Source: Desulfobacterales bacterium
GTDB taxonomy: Bacteria > Desulfobacterota > Desulfobacteria > Desulfobacterales > UBA2156
NCBI GenBank assembly: GCA_011049715.1
Contig: DRHF01000028.1
Location: 7,449-71,448 of the forward strand
Length of the DNA stretch: 64,000 bases
Direction of reading: 5' to 3'
The translations under genes and the position numbers were made by a program. The notes below the pieces were generated by a model, which had not been told where the DNA came from, ran no database searches, and saw only the letters and a program-made list of their open reading frames with translations. Below, piece after piece: positions 31,699 through 40,003 of the stretch; positions within the stretch are counted from its first letter, which is position 1, and every line of letters begins with the position of its first letter.

Positions 31699-32858
31699 TT
31701 CATCAAATCCTCCATATCCTTGATACTGCGGACGATTTTTACTTCCTGGCCCGGGTTGACATTTCGTTGTCCCACCACGATCACCCGATCCCCTTTTTTG
31801 AGTCCGCTTTTGATCTGTATGCGCCATCCGTCAAGCAATCCCAACTCCACCGTTCGGGTAGCGACATGTTTATCATTGACGATATAAACAATTTTTTCCT
31901 TGGGTCGGTTGATAACAGCATAAATTGGCACTGAAATACCGTTTAAAATCTCTTTTTTTACAATCTCGACCCGGGCAAACATATCCGGCAGGATCTCTTT
32001 GTTGACATTTTCGATGACCAGATTTAAATTATACAACCGGGCCATGGAGTCGGCCGTGTTTGACAGAAAATGTTTTTTTGCCCTAAACGTTTTTCCGCCC
32101 AGGGCATCGATTTTAACTTCAAAATCATTCAAATGTCTGACCGCATCCACATCGGATTCAGGGATACCCACCTTGACCTTGATACGGTTAATCTGAATAA
32201 TTTCCGCCACCGGATCAGCGGCACTCAAATATTGGCCTTCTTCGATAAAAAGACGGTTGACGACTCCACTCAACGGGGAGCGGATGATACATCGCTCCAG
32301 ATCCAGGGCAGCGTTTGCCATGGCGGCCTTGAGGTTCTCCACTTTTGCAAAAGTTTCATCAAGCCGGGCCTGGGTCGATGAGCCTATTTTTTGTAATTTT
32401 TCAAGCCGATTCAGGGAAGCTTTGGCTGCATTGTAAGAAGCTCTGATGGAAAGAAAGTTATTTTTAAAATCCCTGTTATCAAGCCGGGCGATGATGTTCC
32501 CCTTTATGATATGTTCGCCCTCTTTAACGGATTTCTTGAGCACTTTTCCCTTCACTTCCGATAATACCTTCAATTGAATCCAAGGGGCGGTCACCCCGGG
32601 CAGGTTGATACGATCACGGATAGGCGAGGGGGCAATTTCGAGGGTCACCACGTTCACCGCGGTTTGCTCCTGGGCGAGGCCGGCTGATTTTTCAGCGGCA
32701 ATTCGCTCTTTTTTGGTTTGAATCCGTTGAAAAAGATTCGCGATGATTACCACCAATACAATCAGAAAAATAAATGGCAGGGTCCCCCAGATTCGTTCGA
32801 TCCATCTCTTTTTTGTGCGAGACGGTTTGGGCTGTTCTGTTTCTGTGTTTGCTTTCAT
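31695..32858 (-). CDS. RND efflux periplasmic adaptor (membrane fusion protein)
   Basis: 387 aa. N-terminal TM helix, coiled-coil hairpin region and barrel domains. Translationally coupled to the RND permease. Confidence 0.85.
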   Translation of the reverse strand: MKANTETEQPKPSRTKKRWIERIWGTLPFIFLIVLVVIIANLFQRIQTKKERIAAEKSAGLAQEQTAVNVVTLEIAPSPIRDRINLPGVTAPWIQLKVLSEVKGKVLKKSVKEGEHIIKGNIIARLDNRDFKNNFLSIRASYNAAKASLNRLEKLQKIGSSTQARLDETFAKVENLKAAMANAALDLERCIIRSPLSGVVNRLFIEEGQYLSAADPVAEIIQINRIKVKVGIPESDVDAVRHLNDFEVKIDALGGKTFRAKKHFLSNTADSMARLYNLNLVIENVNKEILPDMFARVEIVKKEILNGISVPIYAVINRPKEKIVYIVNDKHVATRTVELGLLDGWRIQIKSGLKKGDRVIVVGQRNVNPGQEVKIVRSIKDMEDLMK

Positions 32859-32895
32859 CGTCTTTTATTTCAATATGATCCGGTGTCTAAAGGTA

Positions 32896-33594
32896 TTACA
32901 GGTTAAAAGGGCCGATACCTGATTTTCCAATCTGTATTTTTGGATCGTTGAGGATATATTCGTCCGGAAACGGTTTCTTGAGAATCATCCGGAGGAGATG
33001 GTGCAGATAAAAATCCATCTGCTCCTTTAGGTTCAGGTAATTTTCAGATACCAGGCTGTGTAACCCGATACCATCAAGAAACGCTAAAAAATTCACCGCA
33101 ATCTTTTCGGCATCCTTGGCGATTTCGGGTCGAAAGAGACCTTTTGATATGCCATCAAGCAATATATCCACCACCATCTGGCGAGATTCGACCAGCATTT
33201 CCTTTACCAGATGACGCTTGTTAAAGAGAACCCCATTTTTAACCAGGGTCTGCTGCATGACCTCATAGATCAGACGCATGGTCTCCAAATCTTCAGGATC
33301 GCAGATCTCGGCCATTGTTTCGGCTACGACATAGAATTGCCGAACCGGATCCTCGATGCCTTCAGTTTTTCCGGCGATACGCCGCCACAACTGTGCGGAC
33401 CACTCCCTGATGGCGGCCAGAAAGATTTCTTCTTTGGTTGCGAAATACTCATATATGGTTCCTTTGCCGATATCGGCGCCTTCAGCAATTCGGCTGACAC
33501 TGGTAGCCTGGTAACCTTTTTGAGAAAACAATTTCAACGCGACGCGGGCAATCAGTCTTGTTTTTTCTTCCCTGTTCACAATGATAGGTGACAT
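32896..33594 (-). CDS. TetR/AcrR-family transcriptional regulator
   Basis: 232 aa with an N-terminal TetR HTH (FSQKGYQATSVSRIAEGADIGKGTIYEYF). It is the first gene of the tetR-MFP-RND operon. Confidence 0.85.
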   Translation of the reverse strand: MSPIIVNREEKTRLIARVALKLFSQKGYQATSVSRIAEGADIGKGTIYEYFATKEEIFLAAIREWSAQLWRRIAGKTEGIEDPVRQFYVVAETMAEICDPEDLETMRLIYEVMQQTLVKNGVLFNKRHLVKEMLVESRQMVVDILLDGISKGLFRPEIAKDAEKIAVNFLAFLDGIGLHSLVSENYLNLKEQMDFYLHHLLRMILKKPFPDEYILNDPKIQIGKSGIGPFNL

Positions 33595-33741
33595 GATTAT
33601 AACGAGAGTATGATATCCATATTCAACGGGTTTAGGATCTTATTGAAACATCTATTCCGACCAACGGGTCTAATATAAAACAAGCATATGACTTGTCAAC
33701 ACGTATGAACACATATTTCTATAACTATATTGTATTATTAA

Positions 33742-33885
33742 CTATTAAGCTAAAATCAGCTCATAAAAAGACACTATAATTTCAAATAAATGGCCGACCG
33801 GTCGGTCATTTTGATCGGAAAGACCGAATTCATCCCGTGTGTGGAGATCGGAAATACCGCTTGACTCATAGAATCCTTTTCCTTA
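33742..33885. repeat. copy A of a 144-bp intergenic repeat (tetR / acyl-CoA synthetase control region)
   Basis: Aligned by eye with 59677-59820: same orientation, 9 mismatches in 144 nt. Contains the palindrome at 33789-33810. Confidence 0.85.
33789..33810. promoter_or_regulatory. 22-bp near-perfect palindrome, candidate TetR operator (copy A)
   Basis: AATGGCCGACCGGTCGGTCATT; its reverse complement differs at 2 positions. Lies in the tetR-proximal intergenic region. Confidence 0.45.
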
Positions 33886-34176
33886 TCGATGTGTTCAGCG
33901 CCGTCTCTGAAAAATTTATCCAGAATGAAATCAAATCAGATGATCCCGGACTTATCATCTACACCTCCGGCACCACCGGCAAGCCCAAAGGGGCGATTCT
34001 CACTCAGAAGAACCTGATCCACGATGCTCGAACTATCATCAATATTTGGGAAATCACCGATTCAGATGTATTGTGTCACGCCCTCCCACTTTTTCATATC
34101 CACGGGTTATGTTTTGCACTCCACACCGCTTTGATGGCAGGATCTGTGGTGCTCATGCTCGATGAATTTTCGCCGG
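33886..34176 (+). pseudogene. internal fragment of an acyl-CoA synthetase gene (diverged copy of 60329-60619)
   Basis: 291 nt with 12 mismatches against 60329-60619. Encodes the AMP-binding motif IYTSGTTGKPKG. It lacks its own 5' ~500 nt and everything after the EFSP codons. Track ORF 33837..34349 is a chimeric read-through. Confidence 0.85.
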
Positions 34177-34372
34177 ACTGGTTTCCAGTAGATCTGTTTT
34201 GCTTTTTCGATAAAAAGCCAGTTGACGACTCCGCCCTTCAACGGGGAGCGGATGATACATCGCTCCAGATTCTGGGCAGCGTTTGCCATGGCGGCCTTGA
34301 GGTTCTCCACCCTTGCAAAGGTTTCATCAAGTTGGGCCTGGGTCGATGAGCCTATTTTTCTGTAAATTTTCT
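34177..34372 (-). pseudogene. fused remnant: last codons of an RND permease joined to an internal piece of an MFP gene
   Basis: 34177-34208 matches 28403-28434 (2 mismatches; encodes EKAKQIYWKPVRR on the minus strand). 34206-34372 matches 32241-32402 (about 90 percent by eye, with a 3-nt indel). Confidence 0.8.
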
Positions 34373-34373
34373 C

Positions 34374-34402
34374 TTGACAACCGGAAAAAGAACCAATCTA
34401 AT
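34374..34402 (+). promoter_or_regulatory. candidate promoter of the GntR gene
   Basis: TTGACA at 34374-34379, a 17-nt spacer, then TCTAAT at 34397-34402. Followed by two GTATACAAA boxes (34406-34414 and 34442-34450). Confidence 0.3.
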
Positions 34403-34449
34403 AGAGTATACAAAATAGTCGAAATTATTAAGGACGATATGGTATACAA

Positions 34450-35106
34450 ATGGCTAAATCATTATTGAGAGAAAAAATTTACCAAACAATCAGAGATGAT
34501 ATTACCTACGGAAAGTTCGCACCTGGAGAGCGACTTGTTGAAGACAGATTGGTTGAAGAGTTTAAAGCCAGCAGGAGTCCTATACGAGAAGCTTTGAGGC
34601 AGTTGGAAAGTGAGGGCTTGATTACATTTGAAAGAAATAAAGGAATTACAATTGCCAGGCTATCGATTAAGCAGGTGGATGAAATATATACCTTGCGTTG
34701 CTTATTGGAAAGCGGTGCTGCGTGTCTAACTGCTGAAAGCATCACGAAAAAAGACGTGGCACATCTAAGAGATTTGCAGGAGAAGTTAAGAGTAGCGGTA
34801 AAAAATATGGATCTACGAGATTGGCTTCATAATAATGCCTTGTTTCATAATTTTTTGTGTGAACACTGTGGAAATAGCAACTTGATTCAAGTGCTTGATA
34901 ATCTTAAACGAAGGGTTTACCGATATCACTACATAACTGTTAGTGTTCCCGGGCATTTTGAAACTTACCTTGGGCATCACGAAGGAATGTTGCAAGCATG
35001 CGAAAAGAATGATGGAGAAATGGCAGAAAAATATATGAAGCTCCATTTGAAAACAGTTAAAGATGTCCTGATAAACCATTTAAATAAAATAACTCCAAAC
35101 TATTAG
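34450..35106 (+). CDS. GntR-family transcriptional regulator (FadR/FCD subfamily)
   Basis: 218 aa. N-terminal winged HTH (RLVEDRLVEEFKASRSPIREALRQLESEGLI) and a C-terminal helical FCD-like domain. Confidence 0.85.
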   Translation: MAKSLLREKIYQTIRDDITYGKFAPGERLVEDRLVEEFKASRSPIREALRQLESEGLITFERNKGITIARLSIKQVDEIYTLRCLLESGAACLTAESITKKDVAHLRDLQEKLRVAVKNMDLRDWLHNNALFHNFLCEHCGNSNLIQVLDNLKRRVYRYHYITVSVPGHFETYLGHHEGMLQACEKNDGEMAEKYMKLHLKTVKDVLINHLNKITPNY

Positions 35107-35111
35107 TGGGA

Positions 35112-35558
35112 ATGTTCGGAAACGGAGCAAAGCAGGTGATTAAAAAAATCGATCATATCGGGATTGCTGTTAAGGATCTGAAAAATACTTTGAATATGTA
35201 CAAAAGGGTTTATGGACTGGAGGCAATAAAAATAGAAACGCATGAAGATATAAAGATAAAGATCGCATTCATCCCGATAGGGGAAGTCCTTATCGAACTA
35301 TTGGAAGCAACAGAGCCCGGAGCGGGAAGGATAGGGCATTTCCTGGAGGAAAAAGGCGAAGGCCTTCACCATATAGCCTTAAGAGTAGAAAGTATCAATC
35401 GAGCAATGGAAAAGCTTAAACAGATTAATATCCCACTCAGGGATAAAGAGCCTCGGGATGGAGGTGATGGTTCTAAGATAGCATTTATCGAGCCGGAGTC
35501 CACACAAAACGTTCTAACCGAACTTGTTGAAAGAAAACGAGAGGTGACGGGAAATTGA
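35112..35558 (+). CDS. methylmalonyl-CoA epimerase-like VOC (glyoxalase fold) protein
   Basis: Epimerase pattern IDHIGIAVKDL...IELLE...GEGLHHIALRV...IAFIEP...VLTELVE. The ATG at 35112 is preferred; the track GTG at 35106 overlaps the GntR stop. Confidence 0.8.
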   Translation: MFGNGAKQVIKKIDHIGIAVKDLKNTLNMYKRVYGLEAIKIETHEDIKIKIAFIPIGEVLIELLEATEPGAGRIGHFLEEKGEGLHHIALRVESINRAMEKLKQINIPLRDKEPRDGGDGSKIAFIEPESTQNVLTELVERKREVTGN

Positions 35559-35560
35559 GA

Positions 35561-37135
35561 ATGAACATTCGGGATCTGCTGGAGAAACAAGCTGAAAAGT
35601 ATCCTGATAAAATATTTCTTTATTTTGAGGAAGAAAAAATCAATTACCAGGGTTTTAATCTTACAGTCAATCGAATTGCGAACGCGTTTAAAAAAATGGG
35701 GATCAAAAAAGGTGAGATGGTAGCCATCATGCTTCCCAACTCTCCTGCTTTTCTTTATACATGGATGGGCCTTAATAAAATAGGTGCCGTGGAGGTGCCT
35801 ATCAATATAGGCTTTAAAGAAACTGAGGTGAAATATATTCTACAGCATTCGGAAGCTTCAGCGATTGTAATCCATCAGGGCTACTATCCTATATTGAGCG
35901 GGATCAAAAAGGAAGAATTGCCCGATTTAAGAAATGTCATTTTTCATGGGGATGAAGCCACTCCTTACGAAACTATCCCATTCTCTACTTTGCTGGATGA
36001 GAAGGCTGAACTGGAAGAGGTCGCCATTTCCGAAGAAGATCCAGCTGCTTGTATTTACACCTCGGGAACCACAGATCGTCCTAAAGGTGTCCTTAATTCC
36101 CACAGAAGCTGGGTGCTAACAGGGGAGGCCTATGTATATACTGTGGGGATTACCTCTGAGGATCGTGTCATGACCCCCAACCCGCTTTTTCATGCAAATG
36201 CTCAGGTCTATTCAACCATGGGCTCCCTGGTGGCGGGAGCAAGTTTAATTTTACTGAAACATTTCAGTTCCTCTCGAATTTTGGAACAGGCACGGCATTA
36301 TAATGCAACTAAGATGGTCCTGGTTCAGGCTGTAACACCTTGGTTCTGGAATCGTCCGCGCAGGGAAGATGATGGAGACACCCCTGTAAAGACGATGGTG
36401 GCAGGAAATGTGCCTGCAGAAATATATCATGATTTTGAGCAACGGTTTCAGCTAAATATCCAGACCATTTACTCACTTACAGAGGCGCCCTTTGCCATTA
36501 TGGGGCCCAGACAAGGGACACAACCGAGGAAACCAGGGGGTATTGGTGTGCCTATGGAACATCCTGACCCGTCGATTAAAAACGAGGTAAAGATTGTTGA
36601 TGATACAGGCGCAGAGATTCCTTTGGGGCAGCAGGGAGAAATTATCATCCGAAATCCATCTACGATGATTGGATATTTTAAGAATCCTGAAAAGACGGCT
36701 GAAACAAAAAAAGATGGTTGGATTCATACAGGTGATATAGGGTATCAGGATGAAAATGGTTATCTATTCTTCGTAGGAAGGAAAAAGGAAGTTATACGCC
36801 GTAGAGGAGAACTGATTTCCCCTGCTGAGATAGAATCCGTTATTAATAGTCACCCAAGTGTTGATGAAACAGCCGTCATGGGTGTCCCATCCGGATTGGG
36901 AACAGGAGAAGAGGAGGTAAAAGCCTATGTGCGTTTGAAGCCTGGTGCAATCATTAATTCCGAAGAGATTGTATCCTGGTGTAATGGGAAATTAGCGGAA
37001 TTCAAGATCCCCCGTTTCCTGGAATTCTGCAATGATTTTCCCAGAAGCGCCATAGGCCGCATTCAAAAAAGCATATTAAAGGCAGAAAAACAAGATCTCA
37101 CTGATGGATGCTATGACCGCCTGAAGGAGGGATGA
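35561..37135 (+). CDS. AMP-forming acyl-CoA ligase (class I adenylate-forming enzyme)
   Basis: About 524 aa with motifs IYTSGTTDRPKGV, GWIHTGDIG and RKKEVIRRRGELISPAEIE. The ATG at 35561 lies just after the epimerase stop. Confidence 0.85.
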   Translation: MNIRDLLEKQAEKYPDKIFLYFEEEKINYQGFNLTVNRIANAFKKMGIKKGEMVAIMLPNSPAFLYTWMGLNKIGAVEVPINIGFKETEVKYILQHSEASAIVIHQGYYPILSGIKKEELPDLRNVIFHGDEATPYETIPFSTLLDEKAELEEVAISEEDPAACIYTSGTTDRPKGVLNSHRSWVLTGEAYVYTVGITSEDRVMTPNPLFHANAQVYSTMGSLVAGASLILLKHFSSSRILEQARHYNATKMVLVQAVTPWFWNRPRREDDGDTPVKTMVAGNVPAEIYHDFEQRFQLNIQTIYSLTEAPFAIMGPRQGTQPRKPGGIGVPMEHPDPSIKNEVKIVDDTGAEIPLGQQGEIIIRNPSTMIGYFKNPEKTAETKKDGWIHTGDIGYQDENGYLFFVGRKKEVIRRRGELISPAEIESVINSHPSVDETAVMGVPSGLGTGEEEVKAYVRLKPGAIINSEEIVSWCNGKLAEFKIPRFLEFCNDFPRSAIGRIQKSILKAEKQDLTDGCYDRLKEG

Positions 37136-37208
37136 GATGTTACTTTGCAAACAACTTCGGATTAGGCAAAAATAATAGACTTTTAGGTGACTAAAAGGAG
37201 TGTGTATT

Positions 37209-38240
37209 GTGGGAATAAAGGTTATACAGCAAGGTGTTGGATATTTAGGTAAAAAAGCGATTGAGCTCATGTTAAGGAAAAATATTGAGGTGGTTGCCGC
37301 GATAGGCCATCAAAGCCATATAGGGGAAGATATAGGCAAATTGGCTGGATTAGGGGAGGTGGGAGTTAAAGTCACTAATGATGTTCAGAAGGTGCTCGAG
37401 AACGTGAAAGCAGATGTAGTTTCAAATTGTACGGGAACAACATTATTGGGGGTATACGAACACATAAAGCCTTTTATTGAAGCCGGTATTAATGTGGTGA
37501 CAATGGCAGAAGAGTTTGGTTATCCATGGTACAGAGCACCTAAGCTGTCCAAAGAAATACATACAAATGCTAAAGCAAACAATGTGACAGTAGTCGGCAC
37601 GGGTCTTAATCCCGGTTTTTCATGGGATTTTATTCCCATCGCCTACATTAGTGCCTGTTGGAGGGTTGACAAAATAAAGGCTCGTAGGGTAACTGACTGG
37701 AGCAAAACAAGCCCCAGGCGGGCTCTTTTGAGGTTTGGTAAGAAGCCAGAAGAGTTTAGGAAAGGGGTGGTGGAAGGAAAAATTCCTTTGCATACGGGAT
37801 TCTATGAATGCATGCACTTGCTTGCGGATTCACTAAATTGGAAATTGGATAAGATAGTAGTAACTTGGGAAATGGCGGTTTCAAAAAGTTTTCGTGAGGC
37901 GGAGTTTGTTACTGTACAGCCTGGAACGACTGTTGGTTTCAAACAAGTGGCAACAGGAATAGTAGGTGGAGAAGCCAGGATAGTATTAGAGCTGTGTCCT
38001 TTTGTACACCCAAATTTGGACGAGGACGGAGTAGAATCAGGAGAAACCATATGGATCGAAGGAGAGCCGAGTTTTACGATCACCACAAAATGGGCCCCAG
38101 TAGAAGATGGAACGCCGCTTTGCACGGTAGCTCGGCTGGTGAACACTTTACAATCTGCTATAGAAGCCGAAAGCGGATTGCTTGCTGTGACCGATCTGCC
38201 ATTGACTAAAACCGTGCGAATTAGAGAAGTTGTCAAATGA
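37209..38240 (+). CDS. DapB-like NAD(P)-binding oxidoreductase; candidate of the 2,4-diaminopentanoate dehydrogenase / native amine dehydrogenase family
   Basis: About 343 aa. N-terminal Rossmann motif (IKVIQQGVGYLGKKAI) and a C-terminal DapB-like domain. The GTG at 37209 lies 8 nt after AAGGAG. The family call is from memory and is not certain. Confidence 0.5.
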   Translation: MGIKVIQQGVGYLGKKAIELMLRKNIEVVAAIGHQSHIGEDIGKLAGLGEVGVKVTNDVQKVLENVKADVVSNCTGTTLLGVYEHIKPFIEAGINVVTMAEEFGYPWYRAPKLSKEIHTNAKANNVTVVGTGLNPGFSWDFIPIAYISACWRVDKIKARRVTDWSKTSPRRALLRFGKKPEEFRKGVVEGKIPLHTGFYECMHLLADSLNWKLDKIVVTWEMAVSKSFREAEFVTVQPGTTVGFKQVATGIVGGEARIVLELCPFVHPNLDEDGVESGETIWIEGEPSFTITTKWAPVEDGTPLCTVARLVNTLQSAIEAESGLLAVTDLPLTKTVRIREVVK

Positions 38241-38375
38241 AGTTTATAATATGGGAGTCGCTCATGGCTCGATACGGGGTTACTTTTATCCCAAGATGAT
38301 TCTAGATGGAAAGACAGGTTTACCTTTAAACGATATAGCTTTCTCTCGATTAAAGAAGTATCACGATAAAATAGG

Positions 38376-39749
38376 ATGGTTATGGTGAAAGAAGAGAAGT
38401 GGTCACGGTTACAAGATAAGATATATGAAGCGTATATGCAAAGGACACCTAAGTCCAAACAGATGTACAAGAGAGCACTCACGAACTTAGCTGGTGGTGT
38501 ATGTGGTCACGCAAGGCTGTTCCAGCCTTACCCACTTTATATGACTCATGGAATAGAAAGCAAAATATGGGATGTAGATACAAATGAGTACATCGATTGC
38601 TTTTTAAATGCCGGCTCTTTACTCTTAGGTCATTCCCATCCGGAGGTTATTAAGGAAATAAGGCAAGAAAGTGGAAAGGGATTGCTTGTTTACAACTCAG
38701 ATTTGGAAGTTAGGTGTGCTGAGCGGCTAAAAGAGGTCATCCCCTGTGCTGAGAGAGTGCGATTTGCAAACAGCGGTACTGAGGCAGTTATGTTCGCAGT
38801 TAGGGTTGCGAGGGAGTTTACTGGAAAGAATAAGATAATCAAGTTTTATGGGCATTACCACGGTCAAGATGACCAATTCCTAATTGGTACATCGACTAAT
38901 GAAGATGAGGTGATTTCATCAGGAGTGCCTCAAGACAGTTTAACAAATACGGTCTTATTGAGGTATAATTTCATCGAGGATGTAGTTCGTAAACTTGACG
39001 AAGATGATGATATTGCTGGAATAATTTTAGATCCGCAGATGAGCATGGGAGGCATATTCCCTGCAAGCATAGAATACTTAAAAAAGCTGAGACGTTTGTC
39101 AGAAGAGCGAGGAGTTGTTTTAATATTTGATGAGGTGATAACTGGTTTCAGATTAGCATTAGGAGGGGCACAGGAATATTTTGGGGTCACGCCTGACCTG
39201 GCGTGTTATTCTAAAAGTATAGCTGGTGGAGCCAAGTTTGCTGCATTTATGGGAAAGGAAGAGATAATGGAAAGGTTAGTTCCGGATGGCTTCAGCGCAT
39301 ACACCGGGGGGGGAAAGTCTGTTTTCCAATCGGGGACATATAATGACGGGATGGCGGCAATAGCGGGAGCCCTAGCAGCAATTAAGGTCTACAAGAAATT
39401 GAGCGAAAAAGGTGAGTATGAAAAGCTACATAAACGTACTGCAAATTTAGCTAAAGCCATTGAAATAGCATTTAAGGAGCGACGAATAGGGTGTCAGGTG
39501 AATTGCTTAGGTGCCTCTCTCAAAATATTTCTAACAGATCTGGAACCTTCATTCGAAACGTATTGCAAGCTTGATCGAATGGTTCTTTTCTTGTTCTTCT
39601 TAAGCCTAATCAATCATGGAATAATATTGTCATGGCCTTCATCGGGGTCAATTTTTCTATCCTTTGTACACACAGATGAGGATAATGAAAAGATAATTGA
39701 AGCAGTTAATTTAAGTTTGGAAAAATACAGGTTTGAAGAGGCTATATGA
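38376..39749 (+). CDS. class III (omega/GSA-aminomutase-like) PLP-dependent aminotransferase
   Basis: 457 aa with motifs FANSGTEAVMFAVRVAR, DEVITGFRL and YSKSIAGG (the putative PLP lysine). Confidence 0.85.
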   Translation: MVMVKEEKWSRLQDKIYEAYMQRTPKSKQMYKRALTNLAGGVCGHARLFQPYPLYMTHGIESKIWDVDTNEYIDCFLNAGSLLLGHSHPEVIKEIRQESGKGLLVYNSDLEVRCAERLKEVIPCAERVRFANSGTEAVMFAVRVAREFTGKNKIIKFYGHYHGQDDQFLIGTSTNEDEVISSGVPQDSLTNTVLLRYNFIEDVVRKLDEDDDIAGIILDPQMSMGGIFPASIEYLKKLRRLSEERGVVLIFDEVITGFRLALGGAQEYFGVTPDLACYSKSIAGGAKFAAFMGKEEIMERLVPDGFSAYTGGGKSVFQSGTYNDGMAAIAGALAAIKVYKKLSEKGEYEKLHKRTANLAKAIEIAFKERRIGCQVNCLGASLKIFLTDLEPSFETYCKLDRMVLFLFFLSLINHGIILSWPSSGSIFLSFVHTDEDNEKIIEAVNLSLEKYRFEEAI

Positions 39750-40003
39750 AGGAAACTACAAACTCTATCGAGGCTATGGAGAGATCACCTCCGGAAATCT
39801 CTGGCACCTACGGTTCGTCAAGGAAGAGCTTTACAGGCATCTTTGAGAATAACTTAAATCAGGCGATTAAAAATGATGGGAAAGGAGGTTTATTACCTTA
39901 ATAATCGCGAGTGGAAAAAGTCTAGACGTTAAGGAATCTCACAACGATGACAAAGCTAAAGTAAAATTAAACAAATAATACATTAAAATAAGGAGATAAG
40001 ATC

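Noticed and set aside
33837-34349. 170-aa ORF in the track that looks like a small AMP-binding protein.
   Set aside because: It is a chimeric read-through of the mosaic scar. It starts in duplicated intergenic DNA, runs through an internal ACS fragment, then translates the antisense of the RND/MFP remnants. It is treated as pseudogene fragments, not a gene.
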